A DNA stretch of 63,108 bases, filler included, from Reticulomyxa filosa (Eukaryota; Protista; Foraminifera), in assembly GCA_000512085.1 (NCBI GenBank). It is 18 parts of 18 records of this genome, joined end to end, with 100 filler letters (N's around TTAATTAATTAA, not from the genome) between each part and the next. Parts side by side here need not be neighbours in the genome. Positions count along the whole stretch, not along the records: positions 61,907 to 63,108 come from ASPP01041196.1; 17 more parts are not named here. One strand, 5' to 3'. The notes beneath the pieces were generated by a model, which made no database searches, was not told the DNA's origin, and worked only from the letters and a program-made list of their open reading frames with translations. Of this stretch, positions 62,995 to 63,108 are shown one piece after another. The position numbers and the translations under genes were made by a program. Numbering within the stretch: the stretch's first letter is position 1; each line of letters opens with the position of its first letter.

Positions 62995-63108
62995 GTTAAT
63001 ATTTATGAAACATTTTTTTCTATTTACAAGTAGGATTCTTCTTTAGGTTGATACATTAGTAAAATAGGGATTGCTAACATTTAGATACATGTTATATTAG
63101 GGGAGCCA

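Overview
The window is not one locus. It is 18 unrelated draft contigs joined by artificial 100-bp linkers (N44-TTAATTAATTAA-N44, stops in all six frames). Sixteen contigs come from an AT-rich, intron-containing, microsatellite- and pseudogene-rich protist genome. The style (dipeptide-repeat proteins, WD40/LRR/kinase pseudogenes, homopolymer errors) suggests the foraminiferan Reticulomyxa filosa or a similar rhizarian; this is inference only. The first contig (GC-rich YbaL/KefB-type antiporter) and the last (AT-rich TAXI TRAP receptor) are bacterial. Recognisable eukaryotic genes: a USP deubiquitinase with an internal UBA, a TM-RING-H2 ligase, a GSTCD-like methyltransferase, an active rhomboid, a GT92-like glycosyltransferase, two orphan 7TM-like proteins, a HAD protein, Alba, a BACK-Tudor-like protein, EF-hand, UBX, a GPS/polycystin-1-like protein and PRMT5. 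Mobile DNA comprises four families: (i) an RNase H-encoding LINE with a three-knuckle ORF1 and an extra upstream coding segment; (ii) a Tc1 DD34E family with long TIRs; (iii) five ~200-230 bp TG..CA solo-LTR-like elements, two with clear 4-bp TSDs; (iv) a ~3 kb inverted-repeat-bounded segment carrying a LAMMER-kinase fragment. The most striking recurrent signal is intron architecture: GT-AG introns with an A-rich or poly-A tract instead of a polypyrimidine tract before the AG, often with U-runs upstream that could pair with it.
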